Shown: positions 28,147 to 37,806 of the stretch, one piece after another
Position numbering within the stretch: the first letter of the stretch is position 1
Layout of the letters: every line of letters starts with the position of its first letter
DNA from: Myxococcota bacterium
GTDB taxonomy: Bacteria > Myxococcota_A > UBA9160 > UBA4427
Assembly (NCBI GenBank): GCA_965250285.1
Contig: OZ252299.1
Coordinates: 2,784,001 to 2,848,000, forward strand
Direction of reading: 5' to 3'
DNA: 64,000 nucleotides
The notes under the pieces: generated by a model
What the model saw: only the letters and a program-made list of their open reading frames with translations
The model's database searches: none
Told to the model about the DNA's origin: nothing
Made by a program: the position numbers and the translations under genes

Positions 28147-29343
28147 GTGAACGCGAGACAACTCGTCCAGACCACCTGGCGACGCCGGGACTGGCTCTTC
28201 CGCAGGATCAACCTGCGCAAGCTGTGGAACCTCGTGCGCGCGTCGCTCGCATTCGGGCTCAAGCGCGAGACGATGGGCGCGATGCCGGCCGTGGTGAAGA
28301 TCGACATCAACCCGGTGTGCAATCTCTCATGCACGATGTGCATCCACGCCGACCAGACCGGTGCGCCGCAGATCGCCAACCAGCGCTTCTCGCCGCAGCA
28401 GAACATGACGGTCGAGCAGTACTCGAAGATCATCGACCAGCTGAAGGGGCACGCCGTCTCGGTGAGCCTCTACACCTGGGGTGACCCGATCGTCCACCCC
28501 GACCTCACGACGATGTGTCGCATCGGCGCCGACGCAGGCCTGCAGACCCACATCAGCACGAACTTCAGCCGCAAGCTCAGCGACGACGAAGTGCACGAGA
28601 TCGTCGACTCGGGCCTCTCGCACCTGACGGTCTGCGTCGACGGCCTGACCCAGGAGCTCTACGAGCGCACCCGCGTCGGCGGCCGCATCGACTGGGTGCT
28701 CGACAACCTGCGGCGCTTGACCGACTACCGGCGCGAGAAGGGGGCCGAGCTGCCGCTGGTCGAGGTGCAGTTCATCAAGTTCCAGCACAACGTCCACGAA
28801 GAGGACGCGGCGCGGAAGCTCTGCGACGAGATGGGGGTCAACCAGTTCAGCACGTTCTGGGGCGCGCTCCACAACCTCGCCGACGTCATGCCCGAGAACG
28901 TCGAGACCTTCGGGCCGAAGCCGGACGCGGCCCTGCCCGGCTGCTTCTGGCCCCACTACTCGATGGTGATCAAGTACAACGGCGACGTGATCCCCTGCTG
29001 CGAGCACCGCGGCGCGGCCCAGCACGACCCCGGCGCCGACCAGCGCACCCTCGGCAACGTCTTCGAGACCAGCGTGCGCGAGGTGTGGAACAGCCCGGCC
29101 TACCAGGCGACGCGGCGGCTCGTGAACAACCCGACCGGCGCCGACGACGATCCCGACACCAAGGACAACTACTGTCGCGACTGCTTCGTCATCTACGACA
29201 CGAACATCAACGAGCGGCGGCGCTGGGCGAACGAGCACAGCTACGAGGACATCTTCGACAAAGAGCTCGGCAAGCGCCCCCAGCGCAAGCCCGGTGAAGT
29301 GATCGGCCTGCCCTCGACGGACGCACCCCGGCTGTCCAAGTAG
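28147..29343 (+). CDS. Radical SAM protein with SPASM/Twitch domain
   Basis: CNLSCTMC; C-terminal CFWPH...GDVIPCC...LGNV...W...CRDC; TATACT and GAGG upstream. Confidence 0.9.
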   Translation: MNARQLVQTTWRRRDWLFRRINLRKLWNLVRASLAFGLKRETMGAMPAVVKIDINPVCNLSCTMCIHADQTGAPQIANQRFSPQQNMTVEQYSKIIDQLKGHAVSVSLYTWGDPIVHPDLTTMCRIGADAGLQTHISTNFSRKLSDDEVHEIVDSGLSHLTVCVDGLTQELYERTRVGGRIDWVLDNLRRLTDYRREKGAELPLVEVQFIKFQHNVHEEDAARKLCDEMGVNQFSTFWGALHNLADVMPENVETFGPKPDAALPGCFWPHYSMVIKYNGDVIPCCEHRGAAQHDPGADQRTLGNVFETSVREVWNSPAYQATRRLVNNPTGADDDPDTKDNYCRDCFVIYDTNINERRRWANEHSYEDIFDKELGKRPQRKPGEVIGLPSTDAPRLSK

Positions 29344-29390
29344 CCGCGACCCGCTCGAACGAGCAACGCGCGTCGATGCCGCCCCGCCGC

Positions 29391-31622
29391 TCAGTCGCGC
29401 GGGCGATCGACGAAGATCGGCGACGACCAGGCCCGCTGAGCGTAGAGATCGAGGCACGCACCGGTGTCGGAGCACGGCTCGCTCTCGATGCACGCACCGG
29501 TCTCGTCCCACTGACAGCGCAGCGGCCGTCCGTTCACGGTGGGCGTCTCCTCTTCGAACACGCGGGCGTAGTAGACGGCGTCTCGACCGAGCGTCGGATA
29601 CTCGTCGTCGCTGAACACCGCCTCGCAGCCCGCCGGATCGGGCGGGCACTCGAACGAGCGCCACGGGTCGTCGACGAGCGTCGCGATGTCTTCGCTCGGG
29701 TCGAGCTGTGGACGGATGCGCACGATGTCGATGTGAGTGAGGACGCGGCGCCGATCGGTCGGCCGGTAGCACTCGCCGGCGCAGAGTGCGGCCGTGCGCT
29801 CGGCGCCGAGCGCGTCGAGCGTCGCGTCGGGGCAGCCTTCGGCCTGCTCGAGCGAGCCGACGGCCCGCACGCGGAACGTGGGTGCGGTCGCGCGCTCGAC
29901 CGCCGACCCCATCGGCCAGGTCGCCTCGCCATCGACGAGATCGAACCAGAGCAGGATGCGAGGACCGCTGGTGCCATACACCTCTCGGCGCTCCATCGCC
30001 TGCCAGATCGCATCGCGGTCGCGCTGATCGGCGTGCACGGCCATCAGCCCACCCGTGTAGAGGAACGAGCGCGTGCGCTCGCTCTCGTAGAGCTGCAGGC
30101 CCGTCAGCAGCTCGCGCGCCTCGTCGATCGATCTCGATTCGGCCGCGGGCGGCTCGGGCTCGGCCGTGAGGAACGACGCCACCACGCCGCCTCCTTCCGG
30201 CCGGACCCGCGGCGGCGACTCGGACAGCTCGCGCAGCTCTTTGTAGCCCGTGCCAGGTCGCGCGCTGTGAATGTCGGAAGCCGCCATGAAGCCGAAGCGA
30301 AACCGGCGCGGCGAATCACCGCCGTTGCCATCGTCGGGGACCGGGTTCTCCCGCGAGAGCGCGACGATGTACTGGGCCGATCCGCCCGGCCGATATGCGA
30401 AGGCCGGCTGACCGCAGTCTCGACACTGGCCGGCATCGAGCAGGGCCTTCGCCGACACGCCGGGGACGGTCACGTGCGGTGACACCCCGGCCGCGGCGGC
30501 GTGCGCGCGCGCGGTGGCCGCGCGCGCGGCGCAGTCGCCCGCCGCGCCGCCCGCCTCGAGGCATCGCGCCTCGACGATGTCGCCCATGTGCCAGCACACC
30601 GGCAGGTAGTCGGCGGTCGGCTCGGGACACGTCGGCTCAGCGTCGGCCCCGAGCTCGACCGCGCGCCACGGCCGGTAGACCTCGCCGTCGCCGTGCCCCG
30701 AGTAGACCTCGAGCAGGGTCTGCCGTGCGGGATCGTGATCGGCGCCCTCGAGCTGCTTCGCCCAGGTCGAGCCCGGCGGCGTGTAGATGCCCCAGGTCGT
30801 GCCGTGCGGGATCACGACCGCTTCGTGCCCCCAATCATCGAGCTTCTCGAAGAGTCGGGCCGGGGTCTCGGCGATCTCGCGACAGTCGTTCGGCAGCTCG
30901 CGCACGGGCGCATCGGCACAGACGTCCATCTCGGCGAGCGCGGTCCAGCGCGCAGCCAGGTCACGAAAGCGGGGGTCGGTCGCCGCCAGCGCCCCGCGCA
31001 CGAGCGTCGGCGGCGGGTTCGTCGCCGTGCCACCGCGCGACGCCGCGACTGGTCGCGACGGGATCTGCGCATCGTCGGTGTGGCGCAGCACGACGTTCTT
31101 GTGGCCGTAGTGCGTCTCGGGGGTCAGCCCCGCCTGGGTCCACTCCCAGCCGAGGTACGAGACGAGGTCGGGGTCGGCCGGGTCGCCGGCGACGTCGTTG
31201 CACTGGCGGATCGCGTCGATCGTGTTGCGCCAATCGGTCTCGGTGACGTTGGCCGCGTGGTCGTTGATCGACCAGAAGTCGAGCGCGGCACAGTGTCTCG
31301 CGAAGTCGCACGCATCGGCCGGGGGCGCGGCGCCGCTGCCCCCGAGCAGCGGCAGGTTCAGCATGAAGGCGTCGAACGAGATGGTGGTGTGTGCGTGCAG
31401 GTCACCGAACAGGATCTGCTTCGCGGGCGTCGCCCCGGTGATCTCGACCACGGCCTCGGCCTGGGCGACCGCACTCGCGTCGACCGCGGCGGCCGGGCGG
31501 GGGGTCGCGGCCGGCGCCAGCACCTCGCTGTCGAAGTGACCGCCGGCGCCACGGCCGAGTGCCCAGAGCGTGGCCAGGATCGCGACCCCGACCAGGCCGC
31601 CGAGCATGATCCAACGTCGCAT
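29391..31622 (-). CDS. DUF3604-type PHP-fold exported protein (putative metallohydrolase)
   Basis: FGDLHAHT..SFDA, LDFWSINDH, GWEWT, IPHG, SDIH, YGTSGPRI, YYARV, RAWSSPIF; N-terminal signal/anchor. Confidence 0.85.
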   Translation of the reverse strand: MRRWIMLGGLVGVAILATLWALGRGAGGHFDSEVLAPAATPRPAAAVDASAVAQAEAVVEITGATPAKQILFGDLHAHTTISFDAFMLNLPLLGGSGAAPPADACDFARHCAALDFWSINDHAANVTETDWRNTIDAIRQCNDVAGDPADPDLVSYLGWEWTQAGLTPETHYGHKNVVLRHTDDAQIPSRPVAASRGGTATNPPPTLVRGALAATDPRFRDLAARWTALAEMDVCADAPVRELPNDCREIAETPARLFEKLDDWGHEAVVIPHGTTWGIYTPPGSTWAKQLEGADHDPARQTLLEVYSGHGDGEVYRPWRAVELGADAEPTCPEPTADYLPVCWHMGDIVEARCLEAGGAAGDCAARAATARAHAAAAGVSPHVTVPGVSAKALLDAGQCRDCGQPAFAYRPGGSAQYIVALSRENPVPDDGNGGDSPRRFRFGFMAASDIHSARPGTGYKELRELSESPPRVRPEGGGVVASFLTAEPEPPAAESRSIDEARELLTGLQLYESERTRSFLYTGGLMAVHADQRDRDAIWQAMERREVYGTSGPRILLWFDLVDGEATWPMGSAVERATAPTFRVRAVGSLEQAEGCPDATLDALGAERTAALCAGECYRPTDRRRVLTHIDIVRIRPQLDPSEDIATLVDDPWRSFECPPDPAGCEAVFSDDEYPTLGRDAVYYARVFEEETPTVNGRPLRCQWDETGACIESEPCSDTGACLDLYAQRAWSSPIFVDRPRD

Positions 31623-31688
31623 GCGCCCTCCCCTGTCGCGTTCAGCCGTCTGCGGTCTGTCTCGGTTATCTCAGCTGTCGCGGCTGTC

Positions 31689-32537
31689 TCAGCTGTCGAA
31701 GTTGATCCCGAGACTCGTCGCCTTCCAGGCTTCGAGCGACTCGAGACCTGCGCGCAGCTTCTCGTCGTAGGCCTTGAACACGTCGTGACCGAGGACCAGC
31801 CGAAGCGGCGGGTCGTCGAGACCGGCGAGCATGACCACCACGTCGGCGACCTTGCGCGGATCGCCCGGGAACTTGTCGCCGGCGAGCTTGATCAGCGCTT
31901 TGCGTTGCCCCACCGTGTCGGCGTACGCATCGATGGGTGTCGACGACTCTTCCATCGATCGCACCGACCAGTCGGTGCGCACCGCGCCTGGCTCGATGGC
32001 GCAGACCCGAATACCGAGGGGGCCCACCTCCTTCGACAGCCCCTCGGTCACGGCCTCGAGCGCGAACTTCGAGGCGCTGTAGTAGACGTTCGGGGGATTC
32101 GCGACGAGCCCGGTCATCGACGAGACGTTGATCACGTGCCCGCGACCCCGCGCGCGCATGCCGGGCAGGACGGCCTTGATGAGGTCGACTGCGCCGAAGA
32201 AGTTCGTGTCGAACATCGCGCGCACGCGGTCGTCCTCCCCCTCTTCGAGCGCCGACATGTAGCCGTAGCCCGCGTTGTTCACGAGCACGTCGATCTGACC
32301 GAACGCCGCCTCGACGTCGGCGACGGCATCGCGCAGGGCCGCTGCATCGGTCACGTCGAGCGCGAAGGCTCGGGCCGTTTCGGGATGCGCATCGACGAGG
32401 TCAGCGACGACCTCTGGGCGACGGGCGGTGACCGCCACCCGGTCGCCGTGCTCGAGGGCGGCGCGGGCGATCTCGCGCCCGATGCCGGTACTGCAGCCAG
32501 TGATCAGCCAGACGCGCGATGCCGCTGATTCACTCAT
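31689..32537 (-). CDS. Short-chain dehydrogenase/reductase
   Basis: TGCSTGIG, NNAG, YSASK, IEPG. Confidence 0.93.
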   Translation of the reverse strand: MSESAASRVWLITGCSTGIGREIARAALEHGDRVAVTARRPEVVADLVDAHPETARAFALDVTDAAALRDAVADVEAAFGQIDVLVNNAGYGYMSALEEGEDDRVRAMFDTNFFGAVDLIKAVLPGMRARGRGHVINVSSMTGLVANPPNVYYSASKFALEAVTEGLSKEVGPLGIRVCAIEPGAVRTDWSVRSMEESSTPIDAYADTVGQRKALIKLAGDKFPGDPRKVADVVVMLAGLDDPPLRLVLGHDVFKAYDEKLRAGLESLEAWKATSLGINFDS

Positions 32538-32574
32538 CGAGACGCCCCCTCCGACGAAGATTCACCGACCCGGG

Positions 32575-33822
32575 TCATGCCGTCACCTCGGGCAGACGGC
32601 GGTGGTAGCCCGCCGCGCGATCTGCGAGCTGCTGCGCCCGCTCTTCGGCCGTGACGAAGCGCGTCTCGTCGGGCAGTGTCTCCTTCAGCTTCGACATCGA
32701 CACCAGTCGGCTCTGCGCCGACAACCCGGGCTCGGGCCGCGAGTCGGGAAACTCGGCCATCCGCAGCGTCAGGATGCCCTTCGAGAAGTCGCAGGGATCG
32801 ATCCAGTTGTAGACGCCCGGATCATGTTTCGAGAGCACGAACGTATAGGTGCCGTCGACGTTCGGGTGCGCCTGCGCCTTGTTGAGCGTGCTGGTCCGGT
32901 GCGCGATGTCGAAGGTCGTGCCCCAGATGTTGCCCGTCGGCACGACGAAGTAGGCCGCGCCACCGTCGTTCACGTCGATCACGAGCGCATCGTCGTCCTC
33001 GAGCTCGAAGTGCCCGCCGACGTAGATCTGCTTGCGCAGCGCGCCACCGGTGTCGGCGCTCCAGGCGAGCTGCATCTGATTGACCGGGCCGCTCGTCATG
33101 CCGCGCGCGATCTTCTGGGTGAACTCGGCGAACCGGTTCATGTACTCGACCGTCAGCTCGGCCTGCTCGTCGATCGTGCGCGCCGGCGTCGTCGGCGCGT
33201 CGCCCAGGCGCTCGATCTCGAGCTCGTTCGGCTCATCGAGGGCCCAGTCGAGCATCACGTCGCGAATGTAGAACTCCTGCGCGCTCGCATTCGACCGGAT
33301 GTGGTTCGGTCGATCTCCCGCCGGCTCGGCATCGACCGAGATCTCGAAGCGACGATCGTCGTCGAGCACGAGGTCGTGCCCCGAGAGCACGTCGATCGTG
33401 TTCATCTTCGGATCCCAGAGCGTGAAGTAGTTCTCGGTCATGCGGCGCTCGGCGACGCGGCCACGGATCACGTAGCGCTCGCTCCCCGAGATCGGAATGA
33501 CGCGATAGATCGAGTCGGGGTTGTCGATGCCCCACCGCGAGCCGGGCACGTCGACGCCCTGCACCGGGTGCCCGAGGCGCGTGATGCACGTGACCTTCGG
33601 TCGCAGCGGATCCTGATTCGAAGACCAGACGGCCGCCGAGAACATCACCTCGTGCGAGGCCCAGTCGAAGCAGCTTCGAGCATCGGGATCGGGGTCGACG
33701 GCGGCGAGCCAGCGGTCGCGCACGTCGTCGAAGGCCTTGGCCACCGTCGGATGGCGCATGAGCTCGACGGCTTCGAGCTCGTGCGTGTGCTGCTCGGCGG
33801 TGGCGATCGGGTGCTCGGGCAT
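32575..33822 (-). CDS. DUF1214-like protein associated with a sulfotransferase
   Basis: DNPDSIY, YVIRGR, DGTYTFVLS..DPGVYNWID motifs; GGAGG SD. Confidence 0.72.
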   Translation of the reverse strand: MPEHPIATAEQHTHELEAVELMRHPTVAKAFDDVRDRWLAAVDPDPDARSCFDWASHEVMFSAAVWSSNQDPLRPKVTCITRLGHPVQGVDVPGSRWGIDNPDSIYRVIPISGSERYVIRGRVAERRMTENYFTLWDPKMNTIDVLSGHDLVLDDDRRFEISVDAEPAGDRPNHIRSNASAQEFYIRDVMLDWALDEPNELEIERLGDAPTTPARTIDEQAELTVEYMNRFAEFTQKIARGMTSGPVNQMQLAWSADTGGALRKQIYVGGHFELEDDDALVIDVNDGGAAYFVVPTGNIWGTTFDIAHRTSTLNKAQAHPNVDGTYTFVLSKHDPGVYNWIDPCDFSKGILTLRMAEFPDSRPEPGLSAQSRLVSMSKLKETLPDETRFVTAEERAQQLADRAAGYHRRLPEVTA

Positions 33823-33853
33823 GGTTCCTCCGTGGGCGCGTGGGCGCCCTGCT

Positions 33854-35068
33854 CTAGTCGGCGTTCGATCGAGGCTCGCTCGGGGCGGCGTCGAGGGTGC
33901 CCTCGAAGGCCGATCGAATCTGATGCTCGCTCAGCCCGAAGTCCTCGGGCGCGTAGCGGTGCTTCGGCCGACGCTCGGCAGCATCGGCCTCGAGCCAGCG
34001 ACGCATGGTCGCGCGCGTGTCGGCCGCGGGCGACAGGCCGAGCGCTTCGAGCACGCGCTGCGCTTCGGAGACCGGGTCTCGCACGAGATCTCGATAGTCG
34101 ACATCGACGAAGCGCGAAGCGGTGTCGTCTCGGCCCGCGCGCGCCGCAGTCGCTCGCTTCGCCGCCCACGACGTCCGCTCGAGCCACTGGCGACCGACGA
34201 CGGCCGGGTCGACGTGATCCGAATACATGCGCCAGAGCGTCGCGTTCAGGCTCGCCCCCGATGGCACCGTCTCGACCGGTGTGCGGTGCACGTGGACGAT
34301 CTGCGCGCGCGGAAAGACGGCGAGCAGGGTGTCGAGATAGCCCAGGTGAGCAGGGGTCTTGAGCAGCCAGCGCGCAGCGGCTTCGCCTCGGGCCCGCTTC
34401 TGCCACTGCAGCAGCTGCAGCATGCGACGCAGGTGCTCGTAGGCCGGCACGAAGCTCTGTGCGTCGAGCCAGGCGCGATAGCCGGGCACGTCGCACGACG
34501 CCTCGGGCACGTGCGAGAGGAACGCATCGGCGAGAAAGACGATCTCTTCGTCGGGTTCGAGGGCGTCGGTCGGGTGGATCGCCTGCAGCTCGGGTGCGAA
34601 CGCGCGCATCTGCTCGTCTCGACGAATGCCATCGGCGATGCGGGGGTCTTCCGGGCCGGTCGCAGCGCCGGGCCGGGGGACCGGCTCGGCGATCTCCCAG
34701 CCGAGGGCGCAATGAAAGCGCGCGTCGCGCGCCAGCAGGCGCTGCAAGAGGGTCGTGCCCGATCGCATCAGCCCGACGATCACGACCGGGTCGTCGACGA
34801 CTTCGGTCGCGATCTCGGGATGGGCCGCGAAGCATGCCTCGGCGGCGAGGCGCTGGGTCAGGCTGCGGCGGATCGACGTGCGCAGCACCGTGGTCCCGAC
34901 GCCATTGAGCGGCGCCTTCGCGAGCGCATCGAGCAGCACGCGCAGCGGCGCTCGAAACGGCGCGTCCCCGAAGTCGTCGAGGCCGGTGCGGCGCCGCGCG
35001 GCCTCGAGCAGCGCGGCTTCGTCGAAGGGCGCGGGCGTCGCCGCGGTGTCTCGTTCCGCTTCGCCCAT
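33854..35068 (-). CDS. PAPS-dependent sulfotransferase
   Basis: 5'-PSB GLMRSGTT, WLLKTPAH, HR.P....PS; N-terminal TGLDDFG. Confidence 0.9.
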   Translation of the reverse strand: MGEAERDTAATPAPFDEAALLEAARRRTGLDDFGDAPFRAPLRVLLDALAKAPLNGVGTTVLRTSIRRSLTQRLAAEACFAAHPEIATEVVDDPVVIVGLMRSGTTLLQRLLARDARFHCALGWEIAEPVPRPGAATGPEDPRIADGIRRDEQMRAFAPELQAIHPTDALEPDEEIVFLADAFLSHVPEASCDVPGYRAWLDAQSFVPAYEHLRRMLQLLQWQKRARGEAAARWLLKTPAHLGYLDTLLAVFPRAQIVHVHRTPVETVPSGASLNATLWRMYSDHVDPAVVGRQWLERTSWAAKRATAARAGRDDTASRFVDVDYRDLVRDPVSEAQRVLEALGLSPAADTRATMRRWLEADAAERRPKHRYAPEDFGLSEHQIRSAFEGTLDAAPSEPRSNAD

Positions 35069-35227
35069 GACCCGAAGAGCGCCTCCCGACCGGGCGCCGC
35101 GAGGTCACGGCGCGCGCGGGTCATGATCGCCGACCGACTCGCGAACGTCACGCCCCGCGCGCGCGAGACGGAAGCTGAACAGGGACGGAACGTGGCGACC
35201 CGGCGGCCAGGCCTCTAGCCTCGGTCC

Positions 35228-35680
35228 ATGGCCGACTCAGCGCGCGCGATCGAGAACCTGCTTCACACGTACGCCGAACGGATCGACCTCGGTGACCTCG
35301 AGGGCGTGGCCGACCTGTTCGCGCACGGTCGCATCGCGCCCGCGACCGATGCGCCCGTCGATCAGGGCATCGTCGGGCGCGACGCGGTGCTCGCGCTGTA
35401 TCAGGGCTCGACGCGTCTGTACGACGACGGTACGCCGCGCACCAAGCACGTCACGACCAATACGATCGTCGAGGTCGCCGACGACGATCAGACGGCCACC
35501 GCGCGCAGCTACTTTACGGTCTTCCAGCAGCTCGACGATTTTCCAATGCAGCCGATCATCGCCGGGCGCTACCACGACGCGTTCAAGCGCGTGGGTGGGG
35601 TGTGGTCTTTCGATTCGCGCGTGATGCTGGTCGACCTCAAGGGCGACCTGAGCCGGCACCTGCTCTACCAGCTCGATTGA
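35228..35680 (+). CDS. SnoaL-like / NTF2 family protein
   Basis: IENLL..YA..ID.GD, HVTTN, ARSYF, GRYHD.F...W; TAGCCT 6 nt before ATG. Confidence 0.85.
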   Translation: MADSARAIENLLHTYAERIDLGDLEGVADLFAHGRIAPATDAPVDQGIVGRDAVLALYQGSTRLYDDGTPRTKHVTTNTIVEVADDDQTATARSYFTVFQQLDDFPMQPIIAGRYHDAFKRVGGVWSFDSRVMLVDLKGDLSRHLLYQLD

Positions 35681-35707
35681 GCGGTCGCACGCACTTCTCC
35701 ACCGCGC

Positions 35708-36205
35708 CTACATCGCGTCGACGCCCTCGCGCACGACCGCCTCGGCGAGCTTCATGCCGTCGTAGCTGATGCGCTTGACGGGCTCGAGCTCGATCACGAC
35801 CCGGCGCGGCGTATCCATCATCGCCTGCATCCCCGCCGAGGCTTCGGGGGCACCGGGATGCAGCGCATCGCAGAAACGCGGCAGGAACCACTCGAGGGTC
35901 TCGCGGTCTTCGTGCACCGTGGCGCGGGTCTTGAGCGTGAGCGTGCGCTCGGGGCCGAGCTCGGTGCCTTCGCCGCCGATCACCACGCAGCTCTCGGGTC
36001 GACGGATCAGCGCGTTCACGCGATGGCGTTGGCGGCTCGTCGTCACCCAAACGCGGTCGCGATCCCAGAGGTAGCGGTGGTGCACGCCGACGGGCCAACC
36101 CTCGGACGTCGTCCAGCACACGATGCAGAGGCGCTGCACTTCGAACAGCTTGTTCTGCATGTCGGGGTCGAGCGGGTAGCCCGAGATTTCTTCGAGGTTG
36201 GCCAT
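35708..36205 (-). CDS. Pyridoxamine-5'-phosphate-oxidase-like split-barrel flavin/deazaflavin-binding protein
   Basis: GWP, WVTT.R.R.RV.AL.R.P, RVVIELEP...ISYD; GGAGG SD before ATG 36205. Confidence 0.75.
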   Translation of the reverse strand: MANLEEISGYPLDPDMQNKLFEVQRLCIVCWTTSEGWPVGVHHRYLWDRDRVWVTTSRQRHRVNALIRRPESCVVIGGEGTELGPERTLTLKTRATVHEDRETLEWFLPRFCDALHPGAPEASAGMQAMMDTPRRVVIELEPVKRISYDGMKLAEAVVREGVDAM

Positions 36206-36262
36206 CGGTCGTTCCTCCACGCGATCGACCGGGATCGAAGCGCGTTCGCTAGCCTCCGCGCC

Positions 36263-37756
36263 ATGTCCGATGCAGCCGGCGCGATCGAGAATCTGCTCCA
36301 GGCCGGCGTCCGCTGCATCGCCCTCCTCTCGGTCGCCTGCCTCGCCGCCGTCTCCGCACTCGGCTGCGGCGGCGACCCGCCGCATCGCAACGTCGTGTTC
36401 ATCCTGGCTGAGGATCAGGGCGAGCAGCTCGGCGCGCTCGGCACCCCGGGCCTCGAGACCCCGCGTCTCGACGGGCTGGCCGAACGGGGCGTGCTCTTCA
36501 CGCGCGCGTACACCCCCTACCCGGTCTGCTCCGCGGCGAAGGCGTCGATCTACACCGGGCGCTGGCCAAACGGCCACGGTCTGCTCGGCAACACGGCCAA
36601 CTTCTTCAAGCCCGCCGCCGAGCTGACCGACGACGACCGCGCCCACCCGCTCTTCGAACGCAGTCGGATCCAGGCGGGCGTGCCGACGCTGATCGAGGTG
36701 CTCGACGACGCCGGGTTCACCACGGCCGTGACACACAAGCTGCACGTGCTGCCCGTCGAGAAGCTGCCGTACGACGTCCGCGTGCAGAAGACGACCGTCG
36801 AGAGCGTCGACGCGCTGGTCACCGAGCTCGCAGCCAGCGACCGGCCCTTCTTTCTCATGCTGAACGTCAAGGGTTCACACCGGCCGTTCCGTGACAGCGA
36901 ACACGACGACATCGGCGTCGATCCGGGCGCCGTCCGCCTGCCCGGGCACCTGCCCGACACCCCGGTGGTCCGACGCGACTGGGCCGAGTACCTCGATTCG
37001 ATCGAGCGCACCGATCAGATCGTCGGCGCAGCCCTCGACGCGCTCATGCGCGCCGGGGTGTCGAACGACACGCTGGTCGTATTCACGAGCGATCACGGTC
37101 CCGCCTTCCAGCGCGGCAAGCTCGCCCTGCACGACCTGGGCACCCACGTGCCGGCGATCGTCGCCGGACCCGGCGTCGTGCGCGGCGTGCGATCGGATGC
37201 GCTGGTCAGCCACGTCGACTGGATGCCGACGATCCTCGACTGGCTCGGCCTCGGCTCGGAGCCAGGCCCTGAGCCGGGCTTCGATGGGCGCTCGCTCCTG
37301 CCGCTGCTCGAAGGCGAGCGCGACCCGGCCCCCCGCGCCTTCGTATTCTCTCAGATCGACCACGAGATTCAGCAGCACGATCGCGGCATGCGAGAGCGCT
37401 CGGTGCAGGACGGGGATTGGCGTCTCATCTGGCGGGACGATGGCCGCAAGCCGCGCACGTTCAACGCCGATCTGTGGCGCAAGTCACGCTGGCGCAACCT
37501 CACGTACGAAGAGACGATCGAGCAACGCTCGGATCACCCCGACGCGTTCCGCCGCCTGCGCCAGGTCGACACCCGGCGGTTGCGGGGCGTCGCGCCCCCG
37601 ATCGAGCTCTACGATCTGAGCCGCGACCCCGACGAGCTGGTGAACCGGGCCCAGGATCCCGCGGCGCAGGCCGAGCGCGCGCGGCTGCTCGATGCGCTCC
37701 GCCAGTGGATGCAAGAGACGGGGGATCCGGCCGCCCCCCTGCTGCCGGCGAGCTGA
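36263..37756 (+). CDS. Formylglycine-type sulfatase family lipoprotein
   Basis: Lipobox ALGC, NVVFILAED, TPRLD, CSAAKASIYTG, SDHG, ELYDL.RDP.E..N. Confidence 0.88.
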   Translation: MSDAAGAIENLLQAGVRCIALLSVACLAAVSALGCGGDPPHRNVVFILAEDQGEQLGALGTPGLETPRLDGLAERGVLFTRAYTPYPVCSAAKASIYTGRWPNGHGLLGNTANFFKPAAELTDDDRAHPLFERSRIQAGVPTLIEVLDDAGFTTAVTHKLHVLPVEKLPYDVRVQKTTVESVDALVTELAASDRPFFLMLNVKGSHRPFRDSEHDDIGVDPGAVRLPGHLPDTPVVRRDWAEYLDSIERTDQIVGAALDALMRAGVSNDTLVVFTSDHGPAFQRGKLALHDLGTHVPAIVAGPGVVRGVRSDALVSHVDWMPTILDWLGLGSEPGPEPGFDGRSLLPLLEGERDPAPRAFVFSQIDHEIQQHDRGMRERSVQDGDWRLIWRDDGRKPRTFNADLWRKSRWRNLTYEETIEQRSDHPDAFRRLRQVDTRRLRGVAPPIELYDLSRDPDELVNRAQDPAAQAERARLLDALRQWMQETGDPAAPLLPAS

Positions 37757-37806
37757 GCGTCCACCGGGACGGGTCGCTGACGACCCGGCGCGGTATCGTC
37801 TGCGCC

